The position numbers and the translations under genes were made by a program. 64,000 bases of DNA from an uncultured delta proteobacterium (GTDB taxonomy: Bacteria > Desulfobacterota > Binatia > HRBIN30 > BPIQ01): NCBI GenBank assembly GCA_963761335.1, contig CAVXGR010000018.1, forward strand, positions 32,001-96,000. Reading direction: 5' to 3'. Positions within the stretch are counted from its first letter, which is position 1; every line of letters starts with the position of its first letter. A model generated the notes under the pieces. The model was given only the letters and a program-made list of their open reading frames with translations. It did not search any database and was not told where the DNA came from. Below are positions 28,847 to 41,008 of this stretch, in pieces.

Positions 28847-30049
28847 ATGGCCGGTCCACTCGAGGGAGTTCGCGTCATCGACATGGGTTTCTGGGTGGCC
28901 GGACCGGCGGCCGCCGGCATCCTGGCGGACTGGGGTGCCGACGTCATCAAGATCGAGCCGCCGGACGGCGATCCCTTCCGCGGCCTGTTCACCGTCGCCG
29001 CCGGCGCCGAGCTGCCGATCAATCCTCCGTTCGAGCTCGACAACCGCGGCAAGCGCAGTGTGGCGCTGAACCTGCAAACGGAGGACGGCCGCGAGCTCGC
29101 CCGCCGCCTGATCGACTCCGCCGACGTGTTCGTCACCAACCTGCGCTACACGGCGCTGGACCGGCTGGGGCTGGGGGCCGGCGCGCTGCGCCGCCGCAAC
29201 CCGGCGCTGATCTACTGCAACGTCAGCGGTTACGGCACTGCCGGTGCCGATCGCGGCCGCGCCGCCTACGACATCGGCGCCTTCTGGTCGCGCACCGGTC
29301 TGGCTCTGGCGCTGGTACCGCCCGGGGGAGAGCCGCCGCAGCAGCGCGGTGGCATCGGCGATCACTCCACCGCGCTCAGCGCCGCCGCCGCCATCTGCGC
29401 CGCCCTGTACGCTCGGGAGCGCAGCGGCGCCGGCCAGTTCCTGTCGACCTCGCTGCTGCGCACCGGGCTCTACGTGCTCGGCTGGGACGTGAGCATTCGC
29501 CTGCGCTTCGGCCGCATCGACCCGCCCTACGACCGCTTCGGAGTCCCCAACCCTCTGGTGAACTGCTATCGTGCCGGTGACGGCAAATGGTTCTGGCTGC
29601 TGGGTCTCCAAGGCGATCGCCACTGGCCCGATCTGCTGCGCGCCATCGCCCGGCCGGAGCTGGCCGCCGATCCCCGCTTCGGCGACATTCGCGTGCGCCG
29701 CCAGAACAACGCCGCCTGCGTGCGCATCCTCGACGAGGTCTTTGCGGCGCGCCCGTTTGCCGAGTGGTGTGACGCCTTCGACGAGGCGGGTATGTGGTGG
29801 GCGCCGGTGCAGACCGTCGACGAGGCGGTGCAAGATCCGCAGGTGCGGGCCGCCGGCGCCCTCGTGCGCGTACCGGCGGAGGAGGGTGAGGTGGAGATGT
29901 TGGCTTCTCCCGTCGATTTCGGCGAGGCTCCGTGGCGGGCTCAGGGGGCCACCCCGGAGCTCGGCCAACACACCGAGGAGGTCCTGCTCCAGCTCGGCCT
30001 CGACTGGGAGCAGATCGCGGCGCTGAAGGATCGCGGCGCCATCCCCTAG
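28847..30049 (+). CDS. Family III CoA-transferase (CaiB/BaiF)
   Basis: PLEGVRVID, LADWGADVIKIEPPDGD, NRGKRS, PELGQHT. Confidence 0.93.
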   Translation: MAGPLEGVRVIDMGFWVAGPAAAGILADWGADVIKIEPPDGDPFRGLFTVAAGAELPINPPFELDNRGKRSVALNLQTEDGRELARRLIDSADVFVTNLRYTALDRLGLGAGALRRRNPALIYCNVSGYGTAGADRGRAAYDIGAFWSRTGLALALVPPGGEPPQQRGGIGDHSTALSAAAAICAALYARERSGAGQFLSTSLLRTGLYVLGWDVSIRLRFGRIDPPYDRFGVPNPLVNCYRAGDGKWFWLLGLQGDRHWPDLLRAIARPELAADPRFGDIRVRRQNNAACVRILDEVFAARPFAEWCDAFDEAGMWWAPVQTVDEAVQDPQVRAAGALVRVPAEEGEVEMLASPVDFGEAPWRAQGATPELGQHTEEVLLQLGLDWEQIAALKDRGAIP

Positions 30050-30140
30050 ACGGGGCGCCTCGCCTCCGGATGAAAAAGACGGCCGGCGCGGCAAGCTGGC
30101 GGAGCTCCGCGGGAAAAAGGAAGACGGAGCGGTTTGTGGT

Positions 30141-30169
30141 TTGCCCTAACCGGGGAGTCTGGCTATGCT
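30141..30169 (+). promoter_or_regulatory. Candidate sigma-70 promoter of the OmpA gene
   Basis: TTGCCC-17 nt-TATGCT; an alternative TTGACA lies at 30169. Confidence 0.35.
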
Positions 30170-30256
30170 TGACAACGGGCCCAAGAGCTGTGTTAGAGGC
30201 CATGGGGTAAAGGGGCGCGGTCGTGCACCGCGCGAGCTGGGAACCAGGAGAGGGAC

Positions 30257-31501
30257 ATGAATGCACTCAGGCGGTCGGTGTGCGCGTTGGCGTTGGTGGT
30301 GGTGGGCGCAGCCAGTCTTCATGCGGCGGAGGTCACGGACAGGTTCCGCTCGGCTCCGTTCCACGTTCAGCCCGGATTCTCCGGGAACTACCTGAAGGAT
30401 TCGGCGACGGTCGACACCCATCAGTTCCGCGGCGAGTTCTTCGGCAGCGCCATTCCCCATTTTCATCGGCTCGAGGTCCGCTACTACGACTTCGTCGCCA
30501 GCTACGGCATCCTGCCCAACGCCGAGATCGGCGTGGCCTTCCCGCTGCTCGACCTGGTGCCCGAGGAGGGCGGCCTGTCCTCGGAGCTCGGCGTCGGCGA
30601 TCTGAGCCCCTACATCAAGTACAAGGTGGTGCATCAGGAGCATTTCAGCCTGACCGGCGGCTTCGAGGCGCAGGTCTCGACCTCCAAGGACAACCACGGC
30701 GTGCTCTGTGACTTCAGCAACACCGTCTGCCATTTCGGCTTCCCGGAGAACGGCTACAATCCCTTCGCCTCGTTCCGCGTCACCGGCGGTCCCTTGGCCT
30801 TCGGCGGCCACGCCGGCTACACCTTGTACGACGGCAGCCTTGGCGACGTTCTCAACTACGACGCCAACACCATCTGGGCGATCACCGACAACTTCGCCGC
30901 CCGCGTCGAGCTGACCGGCTACAACCAGTTGAAGGGGAAGAGCCAGGACATTCTCTCCGTCGCTCCCGGCCTCGACCTGGTGGTCGGCCACGCGACCTTC
31001 CGCGTCGCCGGCTTCAAGGGCATCACCGACGATGCCGCTGACTGGGGAATCGGCGGCGGCATTGCCCTCACCTTCGGCGGCGGCAAGAAGGAGATGCCGC
31101 CTGCGGTGGCTGCGGCGCCGCCTCCGCCTGCGCCCACACCGGAGCCGATGCCGCCGGCGAAGAAGAAGATCGTGCTGCGCAGCGTCCACTTCGACTTCGA
31201 CAAGGCCACCATTCGTTCGGACGCCAAGCCCATCCTCGACGAGGCGGTGGAGACGCTGAAGAAAGAAGCCACCACCGAGGCGGTGATCGTTGCCGGCCAC
31301 ACCGACAGCGTCGGCACCGACGCCTACAACATGAAGCTGTCGCGGCGCCGCGCCGAGTCCGTGCGCAACTATCTCGCCAGCCACGGCATCGCCGGCGATC
31401 GCATCCGCGTCGAGGCCTTCGGCGAGTCGCAGCCGGTGGCCAGCAACGATACCGCCGACGGCCGCGCCCAGAACCGCCGGGTGGAGCTGCGCCTCGAGTA
31501 G
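30257..31501 (+). CDS. OmpA-family outer-membrane protein (beta-barrel, Pro linker, peptidoglycan-binding domain)
   Basis: Signal peptide; VHFDFDKA, GHTDSVG, NMKLSRRRA, GRAQNRRVE. Confidence 0.92.
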   Translation: MNALRRSVCALALVVVGAASLHAAEVTDRFRSAPFHVQPGFSGNYLKDSATVDTHQFRGEFFGSAIPHFHRLEVRYYDFVASYGILPNAEIGVAFPLLDLVPEEGGLSSELGVGDLSPYIKYKVVHQEHFSLTGGFEAQVSTSKDNHGVLCDFSNTVCHFGFPENGYNPFASFRVTGGPLAFGGHAGYTLYDGSLGDVLNYDANTIWAITDNFAARVELTGYNQLKGKSQDILSVAPGLDLVVGHATFRVAGFKGITDDAADWGIGGGIALTFGGGKKEMPPAVAAAPPPPAPTPEPMPPAKKKIVLRSVHFDFDKATIRSDAKPILDEAVETLKKEATTEAVIVAGHTDSVGTDAYNMKLSRRRAESVRNYLASHGIAGDRIRVEAFGESQPVASNDTADGRAQNRRVELRLE

Positions 31502-31550
31502 CGCTCCGCGGAAGGACGATGCGGAGGGGCGAGTTTTGCCCTTCCGCGGC

Positions 31551-31580
31551 AAAGGGCGGGCCATCGAGCCCGCCCTTTCT
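31551..31580 (+). terminator. Probable intrinsic terminator after the OmpA gene
   Basis: AAAGGGCGGGC-CATCGA-GCCCGCCCTTTCT; a second hairpin lies at 31506-31549. Confidence 0.6.
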
Positions 31581-31693
31581 CGTTTGGCGGCCCCCCCGAC
31601 TCGCGGTCGCCGACGCCCGGTGGTACACTGCCGGCCGCCAGCCGCGGCGGCCGAGCGCGGCGCGACACAACCGAGAGAAATGGAGGGTCAGTG

Positions 31694-32173
31694 ATGCAGG
31701 ACATCCGCTTCGACGACATCGAAGGTCTGAAGGCGAAGATCAGCGACGAGTACAGCGACTGGGGCCCGGAGGTCGAGGTCTCGCAGGACATGATCAACAA
31801 GTTCGCGGACCTCACCGGCGACCATCAATGGATTCACGTGGACGTCGAGCGCGCCAAGCGCGAGAGCCCGTTTCGCACCACTATCGCCCACGGCTTTCTG
31901 ACCCTGAGCCTGCTGCCAGTGCTGCGCGCCGGCAGCGACTACCGTGTTACCGGCTACGGCAACGCCACCAACTACGGGGCCGACAAGCTCCGCTTCGTGA
32001 GCCCGGTTCCGGCCGGGAGCAAGGTCCACGCGCGCTCCCGTCTGGCCGCCGTCGAGGCGAAGCCCAAGGGCACGCAGGTCACCCAGGAGATCGCCGTGCA
32101 CGTGGCTGGCAGCGATCGCCCGGCGCTCCTCTACACCATGCTGGTCCTCTACCACCCGTCGATGGGCAAGTGA
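31694..32173 (+). CDS. MaoC-family dehydratase
   Basis: FADLTGDHQWIHVD, TIAHGFLTLSL, NYGADKLRFVSPV. Confidence 0.92.
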   Translation: MQDIRFDDIEGLKAKISDEYSDWGPEVEVSQDMINKFADLTGDHQWIHVDVERAKRESPFRTTIAHGFLTLSLLPVLRAGSDYRVTGYGNATNYGADKLRFVSPVPAGSKVHARSRLAAVEAKPKGTQVTQEIAVHVAGSDRPALLYTMLVLYHPSMGK

Positions 32174-32213
32174 CGCCGGCGGCAGCACGGCGAGCAGGCG
32201 GGAACCACTCCTG

Positions 32214-34112
<1,899 letters not shown>

Positions 34113-34117
34113 AAGAT

Positions 34118-34237
34118 GAGGGGTTGAGGGATTGAGGTGTTGGTTGTTAGGGCGCCGGAGATTTGTTCGCGTCGCTGACTCTATCTCGAAATCATTCCCC
34201 CGCTCTTCCCCTCAACACCCCAACACCTCAACACCCC
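34118..34237. repeat. Inverted arrays of degenerate 8-mers (GTTGAGGG/GGTGTTGG ... CAACACCC/CAACACCT)
   Basis: GAGGGGTTGAGGGGATTGAGGTGTTGG ... CCCTCAACACCCCAACACCTCAACACCCC. Confidence 0.7.
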
Positions 34238-34279
34238 GCCTTGACGGTCCGTGGGTCTGCTGCTAGCCCCACTGCACTG

Positions 34280-35662
34280 ATGTCTATTCGCGTGCGGCAG
34301 TGGGTGGTCTGGGCTCTGCTTCTCGCGCTCGCGGGCACCGCGCAGGCAGCGCCCTACGCCGAGCGGGTGGTCGAGAGGACGTTTGCCAACGGTCTCAAGG
34401 TCCTGGTGCTCGAGGACCACAAGGCACCGGTTGGCGTCATCCAGGTCTGGTATCGGGTGGGCTCCCGCAACGAGAATCTCGGGCGCACCGGGCTCTCCCA
34501 TCTGCTCGAGCACATGATGTTCAAGGGAACGAAGAAGGTCGGTCCGGAAGAGTACTCGCGCATCATCCAGCGCAACGGCGGCGACGAGAACGCCTTCACG
34601 AGCCAGGACTACACCACCTACTTCGCCACCCTCGCCAGCGACCGGCTGCACGTTGCCGCGGAGCTCGAGGCCGACCGCATGGCCAACCTCGTGCTCGACG
34701 AGAAGCAGTTCGAGCCGGAGCACGCCGTGGTTCTGGAGGAGCGGCGGCTGCGCACCGATGACAATCCGACGTCGGCGCTGTTCGAGATGTTGTCGGCGAC
34801 CGCCTACGTCGCCCACCCGTACGAGTGGCCGGTCATCGGCTGGATGAACGATATCGAGAAGGCCACCCGAGACGACGTCCTCGGCTACTACCGGCGGTAC
34901 TACAATCCGGGAAACGCCTTCGTGGTGATCGTCGGTGACGTTTCCGCGGCGGAATTCATGAAGACGCTCGAGAAGGAGTTTGGCGCCGTGCCGGCGGCCG
35001 TGTCGCCGCCGCCGGCGCTGCGCGCCGAGGAGCCTCCGCAGGAAGGGGAGCGCCGCGTCGTGTTGCGCAAGGAAGCCGAGCTGCCGTTTGTCGCCATGGC
35101 CTTCCACGTCCCGAGCTTCCCCGATCCCGACAGCGCGCCGCTCTCGGTGCTCGAGGACGTCCTCTCCGGCGGGCGGAGCACGCGCCTGTACGACGAGCTG
35201 GTGTACAAGCAGCGACTCGCCCTCTCTGTCGGCGCCTCGTACGACGACACCTCCAAGGATCCCGGCCTGTTCGTTGTCTACGGGCAGCCGCTCCCCGGCA
35301 AGACGGCCGCCGCAGTGGAGAAGGCTCTCCTGGAGCAGATCGACCAGGTGCAGAAGGCGCCGGTGACCGCGCGCGAGCTGCAGAAGGTGAAGAACGGCGT
35401 GGAAGCCAGCTTCGTCCTGGCGCAGGACTCTCTCTTCTACCAGGGCCTGCTTCTCGGGCAGTACGAGATCCTCGGCGACTGGCGCCTGATCGACCGGTAC
35501 GTGCCGGCCATCAACGCCGTGACCGCCGATGACGTGCAGCGGGTCGCCAAGAAGTATCTGACGGCGAGCAATCGCACGGTCGCCACCCTCGAGCCGCTGC
35601 CCACGAGCGGCAAGAAGCACCGACCCGCGGCGCCGCCGCCGATCGGTGGGCCGGTGCACTGA
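34280..35662 (+). CDS. M16 (pitrilysin-family) zinc peptidase, catalytic subunit
   Basis: Signal peptide; HLLEH inverted zinc motif; ENAFTSQDYT; TTGACG-17 nt-TAGCCC upstream. Confidence 0.93.
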   Translation: MSIRVRQWVVWALLLALAGTAQAAPYAERVVERTFANGLKVLVLEDHKAPVGVIQVWYRVGSRNENLGRTGLSHLLEHMMFKGTKKVGPEEYSRIIQRNGGDENAFTSQDYTTYFATLASDRLHVAAELEADRMANLVLDEKQFEPEHAVVLEERRLRTDDNPTSALFEMLSATAYVAHPYEWPVIGWMNDIEKATRDDVLGYYRRYYNPGNAFVVIVGDVSAAEFMKTLEKEFGAVPAAVSPPPALRAEEPPQEGERRVVLRKEAELPFVAMAFHVPSFPDPDSAPLSVLEDVLSGGRSTRLYDELVYKQRLALSVGASYDDTSKDPGLFVVYGQPLPGKTAAAVEKALLEQIDQVQKAPVTARELQKVKNGVEASFVLAQDSLFYQGLLLGQYEILGDWRLIDRYVPAINAVTADDVQRVAKKYLTASNRTVATLEPLPTSGKKHRPAAPPPIGGPVH

Positions 35663-37020
35663 TGCGCACTGTCCGCGTGCTCCTGATCGCCGTCGCCCTG
35701 GCGCAGCTGCCCCTGCCGGCCGGAGCGGCGGGCCCCCCGGTCGTCCGCAAGACGCTGAGCAACGGCGTCGAGGTGCAGATTTCGCCGCAGAAGGCGATTC
35801 CGGCGGTGATCGTCAACATCCTGGTGGATGCGGGTGCGCGCCTCGACCCGGCCGGCAAGGAGGGTCTGGGAAACCTCACTGCCGACCTGCTGACCGAGGG
35901 CACCGAGAAGCGCAGCGCCCAGCAGATCAGCGATGCCGCCGATTTCATCGGCGCCTCGCTGTCCTCATCGGCCGGCGACGATTACGCCTCGGTGCGCCTG
36001 ACGGTGTTGCGCAAGTATCTGAACGAGGGTCTGGATCTGCTTGCCGCCGTGTTGCTGCGTCCGACCTTTCCGCAGCAGGAGGTGGACCGCCGGCGGGAGC
36101 GGATGCTGGCGGCAATCCGCTCCAGCGAGGACAATCCGGGCGCCGTGGCCGAGCGCGCCTTCGACAAGGCGCTCTTCGGCTCGGGTCCGTACGGCCATCC
36201 GGTTGTGGGCTGGCCGGATGCCGTGCGCTCTCTGACACGCGCCGACATCCAGGGTTTCTATCGCCGCTGGTACACGCCCGAGCACGCGCTGATCACCGTG
36301 GTCGGCGACATCGAGCCCGAGGCGGCGCTCGACGCCCTCGAGAAGCGCCTGCAGGGCTGGCGAAGCGAGTCCTCCACCGAGCCTCCGGCACCGACCCCGG
36401 TGCCTTCCGAGGCCGAGACCATCGTCATCGACAAGCCGCTGTCGCAGGCGAATATCGTCCTCGGCCATATCGGCGTGCGCCGCAGCAATCCCGACTTCTA
36501 CGCGCTGACGGTGATGAACCAGATCCTCGGCGGCGGCGCCTTCTCCTCGCGGCTGTTCGACGACATTCGCACCGACGCCGGGCTGGCGTACTCGGTGGGC
36601 TCGTTCTTCACCACCAACAAGCTCCGCGGCAGCTTCCAAGTGGTGATGCAGACCAAGACCTCCTCGGCGGCAGAGGCCGTGCGTATGGCCCGCAAGCAGA
36701 TCGACAGCATGCGCAGCGCGCCGGTCTCGGACGACGAGCTGTCGCAGGCGAAGAAGTACCTGACCGGCAGCTTTCCGCTGCGCCTCGACAGCAACGCCGA
36801 GATCGCCGGGCTGCTCGCCCAGATCGAGTTCTACGGCCTCGGCCACGACTATATCGACCAATACGCGGAGCACATCAACGCCGTTACCGCCGCCGATGTC
36901 CAGCGGGTGGCCCGCGAGTACCTGCACCCGGACAAGCTGGTCCTGGTGGTCGTCGGTCAGGCCGCCGAGGTCGGCATCGCCCCCACCACCGCGAGCCCCA
37001 CCCCGAGCGGCACCCCCTAA
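35662..37020 (+). CDS. M16 peptidase, non-catalytic partner subunit
   Basis: M16 fold signatures (ILGGGAFSSRL, GLAYSV) but no HxxEH; TGATG coupling to the upstream gene. Confidence 0.9.
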   Translation: MRTVRVLLIAVALAQLPLPAGAAGPPVVRKTLSNGVEVQISPQKAIPAVIVNILVDAGARLDPAGKEGLGNLTADLLTEGTEKRSAQQISDAADFIGASLSSSAGDDYASVRLTVLRKYLNEGLDLLAAVLLRPTFPQQEVDRRRERMLAAIRSSEDNPGAVAERAFDKALFGSGPYGHPVVGWPDAVRSLTRADIQGFYRRWYTPEHALITVVGDIEPEAALDALEKRLQGWRSESSTEPPAPTPVPSEAETIVIDKPLSQANIVLGHIGVRRSNPDFYALTVMNQILGGGAFSSRLFDDIRTDAGLAYSVGSFFTTNKLRGSFQVVMQTKTSSAAEAVRMARKQIDSMRSAPVSDDELSQAKKYLTGSFPLRLDSNAEIAGLLAQIEFYGLGHDYIDQYAEHINAVTAADVQRVAREYLHPDKLVLVVVGQAAEVGIAPTTASPTPSGTP

Positions 37021-37145
37021 CAGCTAAGGGGGGCCCCGCCCACGCAACCCCTCTCGCAATTGTCAAGGTGTGTCTTTGATGCTAGGAAGGCCCGCCAGCC
37101 GAAGGGGAGCTGGGAGAGAGAGCGAGCGAGACCGGGGGGCCAACG

Positions 37146-37445
37146 GTGGCTGCACGCACGGACATAACCATTCTGCACGAAATCGTGCGGGTCATTGAGA
37201 CCCGCGAGAAGGTGCCTGATCGGGTCCGCATCCGGACCAAGCAGTATCAGATCACCTATCTCGACGACCATCGGGCCCGCCTCGAGGAGGCCATTCGCCG
37301 CCGGGATCGCGACCGGCTGAACATGCTCTTCGGCCAGCTCCAGGGAAAAGTGCGTTATCAGGCGCTCAAGCAGCGTCCGAAGAGCAGCCGGGTGGCGACC
37401 AAGGCTCCCTCCAAGAGTGTGAAGAGGCGCGCCGCGGCGCGCTGA
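37146..37445 (+). CDS. Small basic hypothetical protein
   Basis: GGGGGG before the GTG; 99 aa with a Lys/Arg-rich tail; fills the intergenic gap. Confidence 0.6.
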   Translation: MAARTDITILHEIVRVIETREKVPDRVRIRTKQYQITYLDDHRARLEEAIRRRDRDRLNMLFGQLQGKVRYQALKQRPKSSRVATKAPSKSVKRRAAAR

Positions 37446-37452
37446 GAGTCCT

Positions 37453-39321
37453 TCAGGCGTTCTGCGCCAGGCGCATCGGCTCCTCGGCAACCGCTTCCGC
37501 GAGCGCCCCGCGACCGGAGAGCAGCTGGGCGGGGATGGTGAGGCGGAACGACGAGCCCCGGCCGATGGTGCTGTCGACGCTCACGTGCCCGCCGAGCTGG
37601 TCGACGAAGCGCTGCACGATGTAGAGCCCGAGGCCGACCCCTCCGGCTGCTTCCTCGCCGCTTTCCCCCTGGTGGAACATTCCGAAGATGTGCGGCAGAT
37701 CTTCGGCGGCAATCCCCGGGCCGGTGTCGCTCACCAGGACCACCAGCGATGAGGTGCTGGTCTCGTAGTCGAGGGTGACGGTCACCTCGCCGCGCGCCGT
37801 GAACTTGAGCGCATTTCCGATCAGGTTCTTGATGATGATCTTGAGCTTGGCGGCGTCGCTCTGCACGCCGCAGTTGCTGTCGAGCCGGTTGTCCCAGATC
37901 AGGGCCACGTCGGGGCTGCGCGGCAGATGCTCCATGTGCAGCTGCACCTCTTCCAAGAGCTCTGCCGGGCGCATGCTGCGCAGCTGCAGCGGGGCGCGAC
38001 CGGCTTCGAGGCGATTGACGTCGAGCACGGCGTTGATCAGCTCCAGCAGCGAGAGAGCGCTGTTGCGCAGCCGCCCGAGAACGTTCTGCTGCTCCTCCTC
38101 GACGCCGCCGTAGCTGCCGTCGAGGAGCAGATCGGAGTAGCCGAGGATGACGTTCAGCGGCGTTCTCAGCTCGTGCGACATGGTCGACATGAACTCGGTC
38201 TTCATATGGTTGGCGCGGCGCAGATCGCCGATGAGGCGAACGTTGTTGAGGGCGATGGCGGCGTGCTGGGCGATGCCGCGGAAGAGCTCCCGGGTGCTGT
38301 CGGAGAGTCGGGGCGGCGCGCTCTTCAGCCCGACGCACAGAATGCCCACCACCTGTGCGCCGTGCGTCAGCGTGGTGGCCAGCAGGTGCTTGCTGCGCCA
38401 GCGGCGCATGAGCCCGGCGGTGCGGAGGTCGGCGGCGGCTTCGCCGGAAATTTCCACGTAGCCTTCCGCGAGCACGCGATCGATCAGCGGAAAAGCGCTG
38501 CGGGTCAGCTCGATGTCGCGCAGATCACGCCCCAGCTCGCCGTCGCGCGCGGCGATGCCGGCGACGCGCAGCGACTCCTGATGCTCGTCCCACAGCAGGA
38601 TGAGCGTCCAGTCACAGGCGAGCGCCGAGCGCGCCGCAGCGGCGATGCGGTCGAGGACATCCTGCGCCTCGAGGGTGGCGTTCATCGCCCGGGCGATGGC
38701 CACCAGAGTGCGGCTGATCGAGGCTTCCCGCTCGCCGAGAGTGGCCTCGCGGAAGATGGCGAAGCGGTGCAGGTCGAGATAGTACGCGCCGAGCACCGAG
38801 ATGCCGGCGCCGGTGCAGATGCCGAAGAAGACGTAGGCGGGCGATCCGAGCGCCGCGCCGTTGATGAAGAGGACGGCGCTGGCGGCGATCAACGTGCCGA
38901 CCGAGACGATCGTCTGACCGATCACGCCCCAGGGCAGCAGCAGCGACATGCCGGTCATCAAGCAAACGCTGGCGGTGGCGACGAGCTCGGCCGGAACGCG
39001 AATGGCGGCGTAGTAGGCGTGCATCAGCAGCGACAGGCCGAGGGCGACGGCGATGGTCACCGGCAGCAGTCGCCCCTGGCGCAGCAGCTCCTCGCGCATC
39101 ATCACGAAGGGGATGCAGATTGCCAGGAGGAGCGCATAGAGCCTGACGAAGTCCGGAAAGCGGTTCGGGTAGAGAACGTACTCCAGAGCACCCGAGCCGG
39201 CGATCACCAGGAGAAACATGGCCGTGGTCTCGGGGAGACGCTCCGCCGTCACCTGCTCGGTCTCGGCGCGATAGGCGGCGGTCAATGGCATTCCCGGCGA
39301 CATGGGCATTCCCGGCGACAT
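37453..39321 (-). CDS. Membrane sensor histidine kinase (about 6 TM, GAF, HisKA, HATPase)
   Basis: MSHELRTPLN, NLIGNALKFT, DTGPGI, GVGLGL. Confidence 0.92.
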   Translation of the reverse strand: MSPGMPMSPGMPLTAAYRAETEQVTAERLPETTAMFLLVIAGSGALEYVLYPNRFPDFVRLYALLLAICIPFVMMREELLRQGRLLPVTIAVALGLSLLMHAYYAAIRVPAELVATASVCLMTGMSLLLPWGVIGQTIVSVGTLIAASAVLFINGAALGSPAYVFFGICTGAGISVLGAYYLDLHRFAIFREATLGEREASISRTLVAIARAMNATLEAQDVLDRIAAAARSALACDWTLILLWDEHQESLRVAGIAARDGELGRDLRDIELTRSAFPLIDRVLAEGYVEISGEAAADLRTAGLMRRWRSKHLLATTLTHGAQVVGILCVGLKSAPPRLSDSTRELFRGIAQHAAIALNNVRLIGDLRRANHMKTEFMSTMSHELRTPLNVILGYSDLLLDGSYGGVEEEQQNVLGRLRNSALSLLELINAVLDVNRLEAGRAPLQLRSMRPAELLEEVQLHMEHLPRSPDVALIWDNRLDSNCGVQSDAAKLKIIIKNLIGNALKFTARGEVTVTLDYETSTSSLVVLVSDTGPGIAAEDLPHIFGMFHQGESGEEAAGGVGLGLYIVQRFVDQLGGHVSVDSTIGRGSSFRLTIPAQLLSGRGALAEAVAEEPMRLAQNA

Positions 39322-39322
39322 G
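39287..39322. repeat. 18-bp tandem duplication containing the start codon (MSPGMP x2)
   Basis: GGCATTCCCGGCGACATG x2. Confidence 0.85.
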
Positions 39323-39502
39323 CGTGCCGGTCGTGCAACATCGAGGCCAGCGCGCGCTGAGTTTGCCCGCTACAGGAGACGGGCGGAAAGGGAACGAAAA
39401 TGCGCTACTGCCGTGTCTGCGTGACGGCCCGGGTCGCTTGCGAACGTGCGGCCGGGTGGGGGGTACCTTGCCTTGCCTGGCCCGGCTTGCTGTACTCCCG
39501 CC

Positions 39503-40882
39503 ATGGCGCGTCGCCCCCTCGCAGTGGCAGTGACGCTTGGGCTGCTGCTGAGCTCGCTGGTCGCGGCCAACGCCGCGGATCAGTACCAGAACGAGCGCGA
39601 CCTCGGGCGTCGCTTCGCCTTCGAGGCGGCAGCCGAGCTGCCGCTGATCCACGACCCCGAGGTGGTCGACTACGTGAACCGCATCGGTCAGCGCATCGTC
39701 GCAGCGCTCGGGCCGCAGCCCTTCTCGTACCACTTCCTGGTGGTGCGCGACTCCAACGTGAACGCCTTCGCGGTGCCCGGCGGCTACATCTACGTGCACA
39801 GCGGCCTGCTCACGCGCATTGCCAACGACGACGAGCTGGCGGCGGTGCTCGGCCATGAGGTGGCCCACGTCAATGCGCACCACCTGGCGCGGGAGAAGGA
39901 GGCGACGCAGCTGATGAACTACGCGACGCTCCTGGGCGTGCTCGCCTCGGTGGTGCAGCCGGCGATCGGCGCCGCCGCGCTCGGAGCCAACGCCGCGGTG
40001 CAGCTCAAGTACAGCCGGGAGTTCGAGCAGGAAGCCGACTTCCTCGGCGCCACGTACATGCAAAAGGCCGGTTTCGAGCCGCGGGCGATGCTCGATTTCT
40101 TCCAGAAGCTGTGGGAGGACCAGCGCACGACGCCGACCTCCGTGCCGCCCTATCTGCTGTCGCACCCGCTCACCTCCCAGCGCCTCAACGCCCTCGAGGC
40201 GACGCTGAAGACCAAGCAGTGGGAAGGCGGTCCGCGCCCGCAGGCGAGCGAAGAGCTGCTGCGGGTGCAGCTGATCGCCAGAGTCCGCTCCGGGCAGGGC
40301 AAGGACGTGGTCGACTCGTACCGCAAGCTGGTTGCGGAGAACCCCGCGGACGGCCGCAGCCGTTACCTGCTCGGCTATGCGCTCCTCGAGTCCGGCTCGT
40401 ACGACGCCGCCAAGCAGGTGCTCGAGGCCGCCCGAGAGCTGGGTTACCGGGACGTCGACCGCGAGCTCGGGCGCGCCCTGCTGCGCCTGCGGCAGCCGCA
40501 GGAAGCGCGCTCCGTCCTGGCGCGAGCGGTGGAGATCCATCCCGACGACGCCATGGCGCAGCTGGAGTACGGGCGGGTTCTCGAGGCCCTGAGTGTCAAC
40601 GACCAGGCGCTCGCCGCTTACCGGCGCGCCGCCGCTCTCGATCCGGATCTCGGCGAAGCGCAGTATCAGCTGGGCATGGCGGCTGGCCGCAGCGGCCAGG
40701 CGGGTGAGGGCTTCTATCACCTCGGCATCTCGTACAAGCTGCGCGGCGAGTACGCCCAGGCGCTGAGCCAGCTGGAGAAGGCGCTGCCTCTGCTCGACAA
40801 GCGACCGGAGGAGCAGCAGGTGAAGGAGGACGTGCAGGAGCTGCGCGAATATCTGGGCAAGCACAGGAGCCTTTTTCGCTAA
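39503..40882 (+). CDS. M48 metalloprotease with TPR repeats (BepA/YfgC-like)
   Basis: VNAFAVPGG, LGHEVAH, YSREFEQEAD, LLSHP, C-terminal TPRs. Confidence 0.92.
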   Translation: MARRPLAVAVTLGLLLSSLVAANAADQYQNERDLGRRFAFEAAAELPLIHDPEVVDYVNRIGQRIVAALGPQPFSYHFLVVRDSNVNAFAVPGGYIYVHSGLLTRIANDDELAAVLGHEVAHVNAHHLAREKEATQLMNYATLLGVLASVVQPAIGAAALGANAAVQLKYSREFEQEADFLGATYMQKAGFEPRAMLDFFQKLWEDQRTTPTSVPPYLLSHPLTSQRLNALEATLKTKQWEGGPRPQASEELLRVQLIARVRSGQGKDVVDSYRKLVAENPADGRSRYLLGYALLESGSYDAAKQVLEAARELGYRDVDRELGRALLRLRQPQEARSVLARAVEIHPDDAMAQLEYGRVLEALSVNDQALAAYRRAAALDPDLGEAQYQLGMAAGRSGQAGEGFYHLGISYKLRGEYAQALSQLEKALPLLDKRPEEQQVKEDVQELREYLGKHRSLFR

Positions 40883-41008
40883 TCGATCGCGGTTGTTGAC
40901 CGTTTCGTTCGTCCGTCGTCGTTTCTTCGGCGATCAATGCCATGCTATCAGCTTCGACGAACGGACGGCACCGAGGTTGCTGGCGGCCGGCGGAGATGGG
41001 GCAGTGAA

